Shown here: positions 39,120 to 51,624 of the stretch, in pieces
Position numbering within the stretch: position 1 is the stretch's first letter
Layout: each line of letters starts with the position of its first letter
DNA from: Eukaryota sp. GEM-RC1
Taxonomy: Eukaryota
Direction: 5' to 3'
Length of the DNA: 64,000 nt
Assembly (NCBI GenBank): GCA_040285855.1
Contig: JAUFOQ010000001.1
Span: 2,604,001-2,668,000, forward strand
Notes under the pieces: generated by a model
What the model was told of the DNA's origin: nothing
The model's input: only the letters and a program-made list of their open reading frames with translations
Database searches by the model: none
Position numbers and translations under genes: made by a program

Positions 39120-41034
39120 TATGTTCTATACTTATAACAAATCATTAAGAAATACACTGTACATGATTCAGTGTTACGGAAAACACTATGGGAGATGTCC
39201 TAGAACTGTGGTAAATGCAGTATATGTGGTTAGAATGAATACTCTTTTACAGTGATACCAATTTCTTGTATAACGTTTGGTGTATAATTCTTACTCTGGT
39301 AGTATTTGATTGAATTTCTTTTCTGTTGGTACTCTGTTATTGTCAGTCAGAGTTCAAATTTTTAGTAGGATGATTCGCTTACACTTAAAAAGGTCAAAGC
39401 ACCAGAATTTCAGAAACGGTACATGTACTAAATCTGGGGTTTTTCGGAGAATAATTAAAATAATTAAGACATTCATCCGGTAGTGTTCCAAAAAACCATT
39501 CCTTGCAGAAAACAAATGAAAGCAGAAGAATTTGGTCAAAATCTCATTAAATGATGTACTCTGAATAGAACAACGAGTTAGTGAAACACCAGTAGTTATG
39601 GTGACCAATTATGGCTACACATGGCAGATCCCTTCCAATACCCTTTCTTTAAAGCTAGGGTTGATGTAAAGAAGACTTACTGCAACATGATTTGAAAGAG
39701 TTGAAGTTGTGAAAATAATGACTAAAAGCAAGAACTCTTGATAATTGCACACAATGTGTGCAAGCAATTTGGGTCAAATTAGATATGTGATACTGTATCA
39801 TAATACTTGCTGCAGTTATTACCCAAAGACAATGAAATACACTTGTTACAGTAAAATAAAAACTATTAGTATAAGAACTTTGATACTTTGTGCTGTTTTA
39901 AGTTCTATAGATGAAAGCGGAACTTGATCTAAGAGAAATACTTTGGATGGATAAGATGTGGGAAAGATAGCTGTTGATTTCTCATAGTCTTTGTATTGAA
40001 AATCACTGCTGTTTCCAAAGGGATTCTTTTCAGCACTGAGAGGGGTATGATCTATAAAGTCGATAAGCACATGAGTTTCTAGCTCTTTCGACATGGACAA
40101 GTTCTAGGTCAAAGTTTGTTAATACGGGGATCCAAAGGTTTACGGTTTCTTTCAGGGTGATCGAAGAGAAAAACTAAGTTCTTGTGATCACAGAAGAGGA
40201 TGATCCTTTTAGAAAGTAGTTAGGAAGTCAAGTTGGGTTGATTGGATTGGAGACTATGGCGAAGAGCTCTTTCTGGATAATTGACCGGTTGGCCTGAGTC
40301 TGACAATGTTTTGCTAAAAAAGGAAATAGGGATAAGTAGTTGATCTTCGAGTGGGCTATGAGGACCGCTATCATCCAGTTTCTTCCAGATGGCTCCAGAG
40401 ATAGCTTTTTATGAGGCATTTGTTGATGTCGAATATTTTCGTTATTTATTTTTTATTGTTGTCACAAAACCAGTACTACACACTGCTGTTGTAAGGACAA
40501 CATTTCACGGACATTTAAAGAGTGTCTAGTTTCTCTATTTGTCACAAGAGGGGTGTCTTCAACGTCACTCAGTTCCACAATTTCTACACTGTAAGAACTC
40601 TTGTAATCCGGTTCATCACTATCATCATCTTCAATGACACCAATCAGTTTTTCGAAAGTCAGACACTTAATGGTCGTTCGGTCATTATCAATTGGCAAGT
40701 AGTCCTCAACCATCGTCAACTCACTCAAAGATGTTGAATGTTCGCCTGTTGACGATTCCGCTTTAAGATGTATTTCGGCATCGTCCTTTTCAATTCCCAC
40801 ACAAGTCCAAGAGTGTGCAAATGTGTTCATACTTACTTTGGTTTCATGCTTCAATAGCCCACACAGAAGCTTTAAAAAATTAGATATGTTTACAAGCTTG
40901 CTCATATACAATTCCATAGTCAACGTTCTGAACAACAAAACGAACAAGTTTCCGTATGTATCTGCTTTTGAATCAATATTAATATAACTATACATGTTTG
41001 AATTTGATGATGTAACAATTTTAGTGTTTTTATA

Positions 41035-41979
41035 CATACCTAGGAAATACAAGAACACATTTCCAAACACAGATACAAATACAGAATACAAATACAAAAA
41101 TACAGATACAGATACAAAGACATTATTGATCATAAGATTCTTCTGTTGACGTGCCATTGTACTGCGGACTGTTGTTAGACAAGTTTGTATTTCATAAACA
41201 CAGTTAAACATATATTGGACCACATGTATTCCAAAGCTGTGTTCGAACCTCTTGATTTTTGGCTTTTTGGATCGATTAGTCTTGCTGATGAACAATTTTA
41301 CGATGATTTTGAAGAACTTTGTAAAGAAAAGGAGCGTAAGTTTCGAAAGTCTGAGTGGAAAAAGCGTATTATGTTTTTCATTTATCGGAATATGGATTTC
41401 TACTTCTCCCGATTAGGTAAACATATGTTGGGACAGCCCTGAAGTTTTTATGTTTTATTTATGAAAATCATTTTGATCCCGTTCTACTCTAAGGTATCAC
41501 ATATACAACTTTTGGTACGTCAGTTAAAGCCTAAGGATGTAAATTACTTCAATACTCAGTTATCATCAGTGTGACTGCTATTCGAAAAACCTCTTTTCAC
41601 TATATAATAAGGTTTCCCTCCTTCTTTAAGATATTCATCGGTCCACCGAAAGGAGATGTTGATTTAACATCAGAGGTATGATTGGAAAGAACATACATAC
41701 ATTGAGGAATAAGCAGCAAACAAATGCTATTATGGTTGCTCATCTAACAATTTCGAGTTGGATACACATCTGATGTCTTTTGATGCTTGAAGCAAATTTG
41801 TGGACGCTGTTTATTATTGCAGTAGACTGGTGGGAGCTTCTTTTCAGTTTCAAATGAAGGGTTTGAAGAAAATACACAAAATACAGAATACAGGATATAA
41901 ATCAATGTTAGGATACAAATACAAATACAGAACTCAGATACAAATACAGGATACAGTGTATCTGTATTTCCATGGTATG
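41035..41979. mobile_element. Non-autonomous TIR element with 8-bp TSD (hAT-like)
   Basis: TIR CATACC(TA/AT)GGAAATAC; TSD TTTTTATA (41027-41034 and 41980-41987); ATACA(G/A) subterminal repeats at both ends. Confidence 0.8.
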
Positions 41980-42693
41980 TTTTTATATACATCGAGTCTT
42001 GAGAAAATGTAATGTTCAACTTAGACGATTTTTCTGTTTGTTCAAAACCTGACTATCACGTGTCTTTAGAAGAATAATGAATTTATGATCAGCAGCTTTC
42101 TGAATCACAGCCTTAGCACATTTGGATGACACTTTTGTCCACAACCAATTCAGCCAGACAAACAAGAACAACAATTAGCATCGTTCTTTAAAATTTTGCC
42201 ACTGCTGATCTTCGTATAATACCTGCAACAATATACTGAAGAATTTCATCTTCCTCCTGGTGGGCAAATGTGGTGTTTAACAAGTGGGATAAGCTTTACC
42301 GTAACCGCGAAATGCCAGAAACTTGTTGATTTTAGGATATCTCACTGAAAGTCATTTTAAAATAAAATGAGACTCACCGATTTTATCATAGGGTGTAATG
42401 ATTCTAAATCACGCAGACTGGTGACACTACTCCTATGTGACAAAATGGCATGTGTCGCGATCTACAGAAACAATTTAGTAATACCTTGTTGTTGAGATCT
42501 ACTGAGTAAACTCTTTGAAACGTTTACATCATTTTTATCTTCGAATGATTAATTAAGACCTCTCAGAAACACAAAAGGTTCAAAATGATGAGTAAAAATT
42601 ATCCAATTTAATATTTTTGGAGAGAAATAGATGATGTGAACGCTCTCATCAACAGCAAACAAAGACCTTAAACATAAAATGATGTTAATTTAT

Positions 42694-43406
42694 TAGAGGT
42701 GTGAATACTCGAGTAATACTCGAGTAATACTCACTGTTTTGAAAAGGTGAGTATGAGTATTACTTGAGTACTTGAGTAAAAGTCTTGAGTAGTACTCGAG
42801 TAATACTATAGTAATACTTGAGTATTACTCAAAAGTGATAACGAAATAAAGAACTCTAAGAATGTATGCTCAAAATAGACTGTACACTTTCATCCAACTG
42901 GCGTGTCTAAGATTAACTACATAGCCTGCACTTGAGAAAAGGAATTCCGTAGCTACAGAAGAAAGCTCAACACTCGGACAATTTTGCGTAGCTTTACTAT
43001 GTATTGGAAAACGATCTGACTTACGTTCCCAGAAACATATTGGGTCTCACTGAATACCCAGAATTGGATGATCTTGAAACCCTTGAATCTCTTCCAGCAG
43101 ATTACAGAATCTACAGAATCTTTTTTCGGTCCTAAGATCGAGTATAGTGATTTCCCAGCTCTACATAGTAGTTTTATGTATTTCTTCACTCATAAATGTA
43201 ACTGTAGTTTAAAGCACAATGTGTCAAAAGCAGCTCTATGACCATTACTGCTTTCTGAAGTATTACTCGAGTAATACTCAAGCAATACTCACTGATTTTA
43301 AAAAGTGAGTACGAGTATTGCTTGAGTAATACTCAGGGTTTATGACTCATTATTCTACTAGAGTAATGACTCAGTAGTACTCAAGTAGAGTAATTTCCCA
43401 CCTCTA
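42694..43406. mobile_element. hAT-type MITE
   Basis: TIR TAGAGGTG(T/G)GAA; TSD TAATTTAT (42686-42693 and 43407-43414); palindromic TACTCGAGTA subterminal arrays. Confidence 0.85.
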
Positions 43407-43939
43407 TAATTTATTGTCCAAAGAAGAGATCTTTTTGATTGGAAGCAAATGTAGTTTTATGAATTTTCAATGGGAAACCCACTTTGATGAAAATTATGTA
43501 TGAACAGTGTGAACTCAGGGAGCCAGCAAAAATTCTCTCTCATATCTATCCTTTTCATGTTTGATCAGAGTCACATAAAAACTTTGATTTTGAAACTCCG
43601 GTTGGAAAAACTTTGTTTTTGGGTGAAGTCTCAAAAGGGTTTTTATATCATGTATTTTGCACAAATCGTTGAAGACAACAGTTATCTATACTTACTGACA
43701 TTGTTTGATTGCGTCCATTGCAAAATCACTGTCTGTTTCTTAGATGACAGATCAACTAAGATCAGGACTGACTGAAATGTGAATTTATAATTGACCGAAA
43801 CTAGTTGAATATTTGTTATTTCTATTTATTGAAGAAGAAGGTCAAATCAGCCTAGAAGTAACACTGGATCTATAACTCGTAGGTTTGATCTATGACATTT
43901 TTAAAGGAAATAAACTCTGATATCAAGCTAAACAACAGG

Positions 43940-44210
43940 GTCACGCAGCAGCAATTGTGCAAAGACTATGCTTTTGCAAGAGATCAGTGTCATAAAAACA
44001 GCACTCAGCCAAGTCAATAGCCGAATCTCGTTGACGGCTGACTTGTGGTCTTCAATTGCATAGAGTCCATTTCTTGAGGTTACAGCGCATTGGATAGATG
44101 ATGAGTTCAATGCAAAGTCAATTGCATTAGACTAGAAAGAAATACCATTTTCCATTGACCAACAGCACATTGCAACAACATACGTTGAAGTTACAAAGTA
44201 TGTTGCTGTG
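43940..44210 (+). pseudogene. Ac-like hAT transposase relic
   Basis: Manual translation SRISLTADLWSSIA*SPFLEVTAHWIDDEF..IALD*KEIPF (first catalytic Asp region), with in-frame stops. Confidence 0.75.
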
Positions 44211-44421
44211 GAAAATCGCATCATGTCCCCAAACAACTATTGCTGAAACAATTCACTACACTGAGATATCAGCCTGTGTGGCAATGGATATCGATATCAA
44301 TGGTTTTGTACAAGCCCATGTACAGGAAAGCTACTTTGACTGGCACCACAGTGCTTTTCACTTCATATATATACTCCCAATAAATTTCCATCTTTTCCCA
44401 AACTTTTTCTTCTTTTACATA

Positions 44422-44877
44422 ATGTTCTCTTTTGATTCTACATGTAATGCTGAACAACAGTGCCGGTTTACTGTTGCTTATTGTGGAATTAAAGGTGGAA
44501 AACAGATCCTAACAAACGTTTCCAAGATGTTGTACTTCACCTTACCCAGTCCATCAACTCCAATACAAATTCTTGGTGAGCTAATCACACTGCTAAAAAA
44601 ATACTACTATGCAACTGCAGAATCATCGAACAAATTCGTCCATCCAGACGCTATTCTCACCTTTAAGTACTCGGAAAAGAACCAACACTTCGCAGAAAAT
44701 CCATCTAAAATCAAGGAATGGATCACCAAAGATGATGGGGTGGTCACCTACTTTTATGCCAAAGTCTACGCCAACAATGTAACCAAAACTTGGAGAAAAA
44801 AGTTTATTAAGTTTATTTTTTCTCTTCTTCGTTTAGACTTCTTAAGGAGGAAAATGTACAAAAAGCTTTTCAGGTGA
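44422..44877 (+). CDS. Hypothetical protein
   Basis: ATG-initiated ~150-aa open frame with protein-like composition; no recognised motif. Confidence 0.3.
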   Translation: MFSFDSTCNAEQQCRFTVAYCGIKGGKQILTNVSKMLYFTLPSPSTPIQILGELITLLKKYYYATAESSNKFVHPDAILTFKYSEKNQHFAENPSKIKEWITKDDGVVTYFYAKVYANNVTKTWRKKFIKFIFSLLRLDFLRRKMYKKLFR

Positions 44878-47800
44878 AACTCACAGATATGTATTAAATC
44901 ATTCATTCACACAACGAAGATCATATTCAAAAATCATTGAATCTAATGTTGTAACCACACACAGAGTTGAAATAAATTTATTTAATAACCGACAACGTAA
45001 TCAACACCAGCAGCCGTCTAGCAAATGAATTGTTGATGAAAAGACATATAATATTTCCAAAAAGGTGTATTGTGCATATCAAGCTAGTTGCGAAATATGG
45101 GTTGAAGATTAATGGTCCTTATTTCAACAAAGTAAAACGATTTGCACTTCTTCTAAACCAATCTTTGATAGCTGTCCTGGAAGTCGGATATCAAGAGCAA
45201 GACATTGATTTCTTGATGGTGTCCCAAGAGGTAGAAACTATGTAGAATTCCTGCTATTTGATGATAAAAGTGTATTTATCAGTCTATAGTGCTATTCAAA
45301 AAGCGCTGAAGCACAATGGGGCAGACATAATTCTTTCTTCTACTGAAGAAATAGTGCTTGAGATGATTCAAAACATACTTTAACGGTGTTCGAAACAACA
45401 CATAACCAACTTCTGTTCCATGGAAACTTTTTGGCTGACTTCATTGTTAAAGATAGACGAAAAAGACTCAACAAAGACAATGTTCGAGTCCTCTTGAATC
45501 TTGGACTACTGATGGCTTTGAGTTTTCTTAATGATGTACTATCTAGCAATAGTATTCCAGACCTTTTTTTGAATGTTTTAAAAATAGACTTAAGATCTTT
45601 TATGTTGACACAAATCAGACAAACGATGAGATTTGTATTTCACGTTGAGCCCTCAGATTGAGTAATCTCGAATAGATTAATTTTCTTAAAACAACCAATA
45701 ATGTAGAAAATTGCTCTCAACATTAATAATTCAAATATCATCTTGAAATAGTTAATTCGACCATTCATTATGAAGTAATTTCTAAGGAGGAGTCACAAAA
45801 CCACCCAAATTTAACTGAAATATGATATGTTCAACTCAGAAATGACCACTTAAGAACGCAACAACGAAATAAAGTACATGTACATATAATTGAAAATATA
45901 CATAAATGATGACGTGGCTAAAGTGTTGGTCACTCTGAAGTTTGGACACGATACAGATCGTATCAAAGTCTCTCTCATCCAAAGGACAGAACTCACGATG
46001 AGAAACTACAAACTACAATAGCCATAGAAACGATCCATTTGTAGTGGAGAAAAGTCTGAAGAACATCTTGAAAATGTCTCATTGATGAGCTTAGTTGAAA
46101 TGAGTTTCAAAATTCAGGATGATCAGTCAGATGAAAAGAAGTGGTGGTTATAAGACAACTGAGAACAGATCTGGAAGAAGGAGGAGTGGAAAGATCAAGA
46201 GAAACAGTGGGAAAGACATAAAGACAAGGCATACACAATAAAGAAGAGAGACACATTGAAGGAGATGCAGAAAGACATAGATCTTCATTGGCAAAATCTT
46301 CACTCAAACAAGTCCAACTTCTAGTCTAGAAGTCTAACTTTCAAGTCAATACATCAGTTTCAAGTGATGTGGCTAGCTGCACAAAACAACCTCTTAGTTG
46401 CAACAGAACTTGTTTGAATTGCAGATACTCTTCACTTTCCTTTCCACCATCCAACTGGTCCCTTTTCCTTCATTAATGAAGTCTCTTAGCTCACGTATGA
46501 CGTCATCCCTTTGAAACTCCGCTTTTGATAAGTCTTTTTCTTATTTGAACAATTTGTCCTCTGTTTCCTTCCCTTTCTTCTTCCTACAACCTTCCTTGAT
46601 GATCTTTTTCCGGGTTATTTTCATTAACCTAATCAATTGTTTTGTTACATTCTGTACTGTACTTTGCTTATAACATTTCATTTCTGCATTATAAAGATTT
46701 TCAGTTGGAGACTTTGGATTCTTTAAATTCTTAAGAACGTATACAGAATACGGTTTTTCGAAGGGAAGTGTACGTTAATGTTAAGTTCCAGATGTCAATA
46801 ACATACAACTTGTATGTTGGTCTGGTTTAATTGCTGGTATTGTATTAGCTAAACAAGTATTACGTTCTCTTTTATTAATTAATTTATTAATTTTAATTTG
46901 ATTAATTATTTCTGGTGAGATTTGGACAATCGACTTGAACTTTTCAAGTGCCCAGTAACTTATATCATTTTCGTTCTTCATGAATACAAAGCAATGTGAA
47001 TATTGAAAAAATCTGTTTCAATAATTTCCGCCATTAATGATCCAAACTCAAACTGATTAGTTTTGGAGGTGGTATGTAACTGCAATATTGTCGGAAAACG
47101 TCTGGTATTTCCTCAGTGGCATTGGTATGAATATCCAGCAATTCAGTTCCAAGTTAGTTCTATAAATTAAGTGAAACAGTGCATGATAAATCAACACCAT
47201 AGAGATACGGATATTTCTTTTGACTATCTGGATGAAGTTTATACTTCTTCACATTGGTTAGTTAGAGTTTATGCTTTAAGATCTGAATCAGAATTGGAAT
47301 AATTTGAATTTATAAATTTCTTTAAGTAATGATAGGAATAATTTTAGGATTGCACGAGTTATGTCATCACTTCTTCAATCTGTTTTGGAAATACTTTTTG
47401 AAATTGTTCAATGTATGTCAAAGGTTGATAGATTAAAGTTAAAGATTATTAATTCATAGTTTATTTCATATATATTTTCCCTCTCTAGACCTCGAATGAA
47501 GAATCTTGTTCTTCCTCTCCACGGACCCGGACCTCCCTCTATCAACATTTTCTTGGATCAGCAGTTGTTGTGCGCTTTACCGTTAACTTTTCATATTGGT
47601 TGCTCTTACCTTCTACATACAACTGGTTTGATTCATGGGTCTCCTTCTTCGCAGTCTGATATTGATTGTGGGTCGGTTTCTCTGGCTCCACCTCTCATCG
47701 CTAGTTTCCCGAAGTTCCAGTTTTTTTGGATGTGTAGAAAAGCCTGCCGTCGCTTTAAACCGCTCTCGGAGCATTTTAGATGGCCGCCTAATACAAAAAT

Positions 47801-48219
47801 AGCTTAGCTAAAAAAATTTTAGCTTTCGTCGTAATTTAAGTTCACTTAGAAATAATACAAATTTAAAAGTTTAAATTTTATGTACTATTACACAGATACA
47901 ATGAATTCAGGTGAATTTTAGTTTTTAAGGTTCCCCTCATAGCTGTTTAAAACAATTCATACATTACCAAAAAGCAGCATAAATTACGTTTAGTAATCAG
48001 AAATGAAACAAAAGTTCTAATCACGAGATACTTCAAGTATTCCCGTCATGTTGAAACTAAACAATAATAGTTTTTGATCTAGTTCTTTATTAAAAGCAAG
48101 CTCATCAACAGGTGTACTGATGTCAACTTTTAGAAGTACAAGTCGTCTATATTAGTGTGATCATTCATAGATTTGAATTACTACTTCAAATAAGGAAACT
48201 TACACAAACGTTATCAACT

Positions 48220-49728
48220 TTATTCAACGATTTCAAGTGCATGATTACTCCAATATAACCTAGCAAATGGATAATAATTACCACTACTTAATTGGGGAAG
48301 AGTTCCAGTAAGACTAATTAAAGAATTACTAGTAGAATTGATTGTTAAAGTGTGGTTAATGAGATTTACATTGATTTCGAGTAATTCACCAGGATTCCAC
48401 TTAGTTTTGTTTCCTGAGAGACAACCCCAAACAAGACCACAATTGGAGGAACAGTGACCTTTCTGATAACAATTACTTTCGACACTAAACTTTGACTCGT
48501 CAATGACTCCAACAACAAGACCACCAGTAAGACCCTGGTACCTCAACTTCCAAGTATACTCATTACCTGGAAGAAGTGGATCTTCTCCCAAGATATTTCT
48601 ACACCCAACAACACCACTGAGAACATCAACTCTCTTTCTATCCCCACTAACTTGTAACTCAGGATCTTTCTTAGTTGGGGAGAATCTAATCACTTTTGAT
48701 TGAGGAACTGATTGAGACACCACTTGAGTTTCTGTAGTTGTCTTTTTAAGTTGTTCAATTTCTTGTTTTAGTTTATCAATTTCATTAGACTTTGTAGCAG
48801 TTAAATTCTGAATATCAGTTGTTAAACCAGCATTGTTTGTTTCTAGATCAGAAATTGTTGTCTTCAAATCATGATTTTCGGTTGTTAAAACAGAATTGTT
48901 GCTTTCTAAATCAGAATTTTTGGTCGTTAATTCAGATACTTCTGTCTTTAATTCAGAATTCACCTTAACCAAAGAGTCAAAATACAGATTCTTAACTCTT
49001 GTAAACAAAAACTTCATCAAATCGGCTTCCAATTCTTTAACATCTTTTAAAGGAACAAACAGAAAATCATCCCATTGTTGAAAAGAAAAGACTTCAATTG
49101 AACAAGAATTTAAAACATTTAAAAATTCATTCAAATCAAAACTTTGATTCAAAATTGATTCCACCATTGATTTGACGAACCACGATTGTGATTGAGTGGA
49201 AGTGCAGTATTTTGAAAGTGTTTGTAACCCTTCAGTAGTGATTGCCATCACGTCATCAATCAGAAGATCGTCAATTTTGGAAAAGAAAGGACCAACGAAT
49301 TCCAGAGCTCTCAAGTCACTTCTTTCATTTGCTTCTTTAATGAATGGTTTTAACCAAACCCAGGTTACGAGATGAGTGTTTAGGTGGTTTTCCACTTGTA
49401 CTATCAGTTTGTCCACTTGGAAGTAGTGGACAAGGTAGTAGAAGTCGTAAGCATTGTTTTCATTGAGAGTGAAAGATTGTCCGAAGAAGGACTTGATGAA
49501 GGCAAGAAAGTTGTTGGAATCAACAGGGAGATGGGAGAAGTCGATTGGGTTTTCGTCTCTATCACCAAACTCCAAGAACCAAAGAGACCGAAAGTAGGTA
49601 GAATGAGCAGCAAGGATGATTCTGTGTACTTCAATAGACTCTTCTCCAAATGTAATGGTTTGATTGCATAGGGAAGGATCATCGAGGATGATGGAAAGAG
49701 TTTCTGTAGGGGGAAGGGAAAACGACAT
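48220..49728 (-). CDS. BTB/POZ + coiled-coil + SPRY/B30.2-like protein, family A copy 4 (intact, 502 aa)
   Basis: Uninterrupted ORF, paralogous to 21662-23212. Confidence 0.9.
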   Translation of the reverse strand: MSFSLPPTETLSIILDDPSLCNQTITFGEESIEVHRIILAAHSTYFRSLWFLEFGDRDENPIDFSHLPVDSNNFLAFIKSFFGQSFTLNENNAYDFYYLVHYFQVDKLIVQVENHLNTHLVTWVWLKPFIKEANERSDLRALEFVGPFFSKIDDLLIDDVMAITTEGLQTLSKYCTSTQSQSWFVKSMVESILNQSFDLNEFLNVLNSCSIEVFSFQQWDDFLFVPLKDVKELEADLMKFLFTRVKNLYFDSLVKVNSELKTEVSELTTKNSDLESNNSVLTTENHDLKTTISDLETNNAGLTTDIQNLTATKSNEIDKLKQEIEQLKKTTTETQVVSQSVPQSKVIRFSPTKKDPELQVSGDRKRVDVLSGVVGCRNILGEDPLLPGNEYTWKLRYQGLTGGLVVGVIDESKFSVESNCYQKGHCSSNCGLVWGCLSGNKTKWNPGELLEINVNLINHTLTINSTSNSLISLTGTLPQLSSGNYYPFARLYWSNHALEIVE

Positions 49729-50349
49729 TAGAAGCAACAATAAAAACAGACAAGAAATGATTCTCCTCTGATTCTGTTCAATTTCGATTTACAATGGTCA
49801 GTTTTAAGTTCGTACAGTGAATTTTGACTGTCAAAATCATTAATAGTAGTCATAAATTTGAAGTAAAAACTTACTGAATCATTGACATCCTTGTAGAAAT
49901 ATTATACACGAAAACAAAGGACAAAAGAAACTTAAATTAGGAGATTGTTTTTTTCTTGTATTTATTTATGGAACAAAAACACTAAGACGAACACAAACAC
50001 TAGAACTCAATATCATTAAAGCAACAATCATTGCCAATAAAACTCACATATCTTTTTCTTCATAAAAAACACAGGAGGTTGTCACACTCAATATTAATAT
50101 AACCTCATCTGAACGACTGAGCACCGACTGAGTCCAATTGATACAACATCTTGATACATGTACAATTTTACAGTCTTTTATTTTATCAGTCTGACTCAGA
50201 CAAATTTGTTGTGAAGAGTGTACATGTAGTGTTCATCAATTCACTTCCCATCTTCATCACACTTTTGCTATAATCTTGACAGAATTGACTAAAATCTTGA
50301 CAACTTCTTTTCACTTCCCCTCAATTATCTCTCTTTATTATTCATAAAT

Positions 50350-51624
50350 ATGAGCTTAAATCAAAACATCGTCTTAAATGAGGAGGACCCTACAATCAAT
50401 CCAACAACACCAGTTCCAAATAATTTGATGTCTTTTGAATCCTATGAAGATGCTGTGAACTCTCTGCAAAAGTGGGCCGGTGATAAAGGTTTCTCTCTCC
50501 GTACCGATGGTGGTAATGAAGGCCGTGGACGTGTTTATCTTTTATGCTCCTGGGCTTCTGTCCATAGATCTGAACGTGTTAATGAGAACAATGACATTGT
50601 TCGACGTCGCTCAAAGACAAGAGTTACGCAATGTGCTTTCAAGTTGTACCTTAAACTCCAGAAAGCCGACGAACTTTGGAAGGTTGAATCAAGAAGTATA
50701 GTACACAACCATATGCTAGCAGCTGATAAAACTTCTATTTCTGCTCATAGGGTTGTATCACCCAATCAACTGGAAAGAATCATCTGTGCCCCGCTTTCCA
50801 CCACTCCGAAAAAAATCCTGTTGCAACTCAGGAAAGAAGCAAGAACCAATAATGAAGCAGTTTTATTAACAGCCAAAGATATTTCAAATATTCGCTATAA
50901 AACGAAAATGGAATCACAGGAGGGCCGAGGGCCAATTGACAGTTTGATTGAAAAAAACGCGGACGGGTACATCTTTCGAGTTAAGTCTGATGCCGAAAAC
51001 CGACTTGAAGCCCTGTTTATTGTAAACCGGGAGGTACTGCCGATTGCCAGAAGATTTCGGTATGTGTTCTGTCTTGACAGTACTTATAAGACAAATACAT
51101 TTGGTATGCCAATGTTTCATGTGGTTGGTTTTACTTGTTTAAATTCATCGTTCAGTGCTGCCTGTGTCTTTATGGCTAAAGAAACTGAAGAATACTACCT
51201 TTGGACTCTGGAACAATTTAAAGATGTATTTAACATTATTCCAGGAGTTTTTCTTACAGATAAAGAAAAGGCATTGATTAATGCTGTCAGGAAAGTGTTT
51301 CCAACATCCGGTCACGTTTTATGCTTGTTCCATATCGTTCAAAATTTAATCCAAATTAAGAACGCTAAAGGAATTTCTGATCCAGCATGGAAAATATTTA
51401 TGGAACATTTTTACTCCGTAATTCAAAGTGAAGCAGTCGAAGAATTTTGTTGGAATTTGGACGTGATGACAGGAAAATATGAAAATGACCGAGAATGTGG
51501 TGATGCCTTCATCTATTTAATTAACAATTGGTTCGATATGAAGGAAAGTTTCTGTTATTACAATATTGATCAATTCACTCACTTTGAAACTTACACGAAC
51601 AATCGAGCCGAGTCCGCCCACTAA
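50350..51624 (+). mobile_element. MULE/Mutator (FAR1-like) transposase, 3'-truncated
   Basis: N-terminal GF..C..KTRVTQCAFKL..HNH DNA-binding domain; CLDSTYKTN, FLTDKEKAL, LCLFH and TNNRAESAH DDE motifs; stop immediately after. No TIR found. Confidence 0.85.

Larger units (their letters stand above)
5753..49740. repeat. Large tandem segmental duplication: unit A ~5753-21661, unit B ~21662-28335 (deleted), unit C ~28333-48219, unit D gene only 48220-49740
   Basis: Long collinear identities, e.g. 9585/25903/32263, 13180/34850, 17233/37415 and 21255/47815. Confidence 0.9.

Noticed and set aside
40462..41295. 277-aa ORF as a real gene
   Set aside because: It crosses the end of the 41035 element and reads through its repeats, so it is chimeric. 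The distal part may be a transposase tail.
42100..42560. P-element/THAP9-like transposase relic on the minus strand (EDEILQYI..; LLSR.NN.VL.NCF)
   Set aside because: Too degenerate and frameshifted to support by eye.
42700..42830. CRISPR-like repeats (also 10160-10240 and 15075-15220)
   Set aside because: These are short irregular motifs without unique spacers, lying inside TIR/TSD-bounded elements, so they are subterminal repeats.
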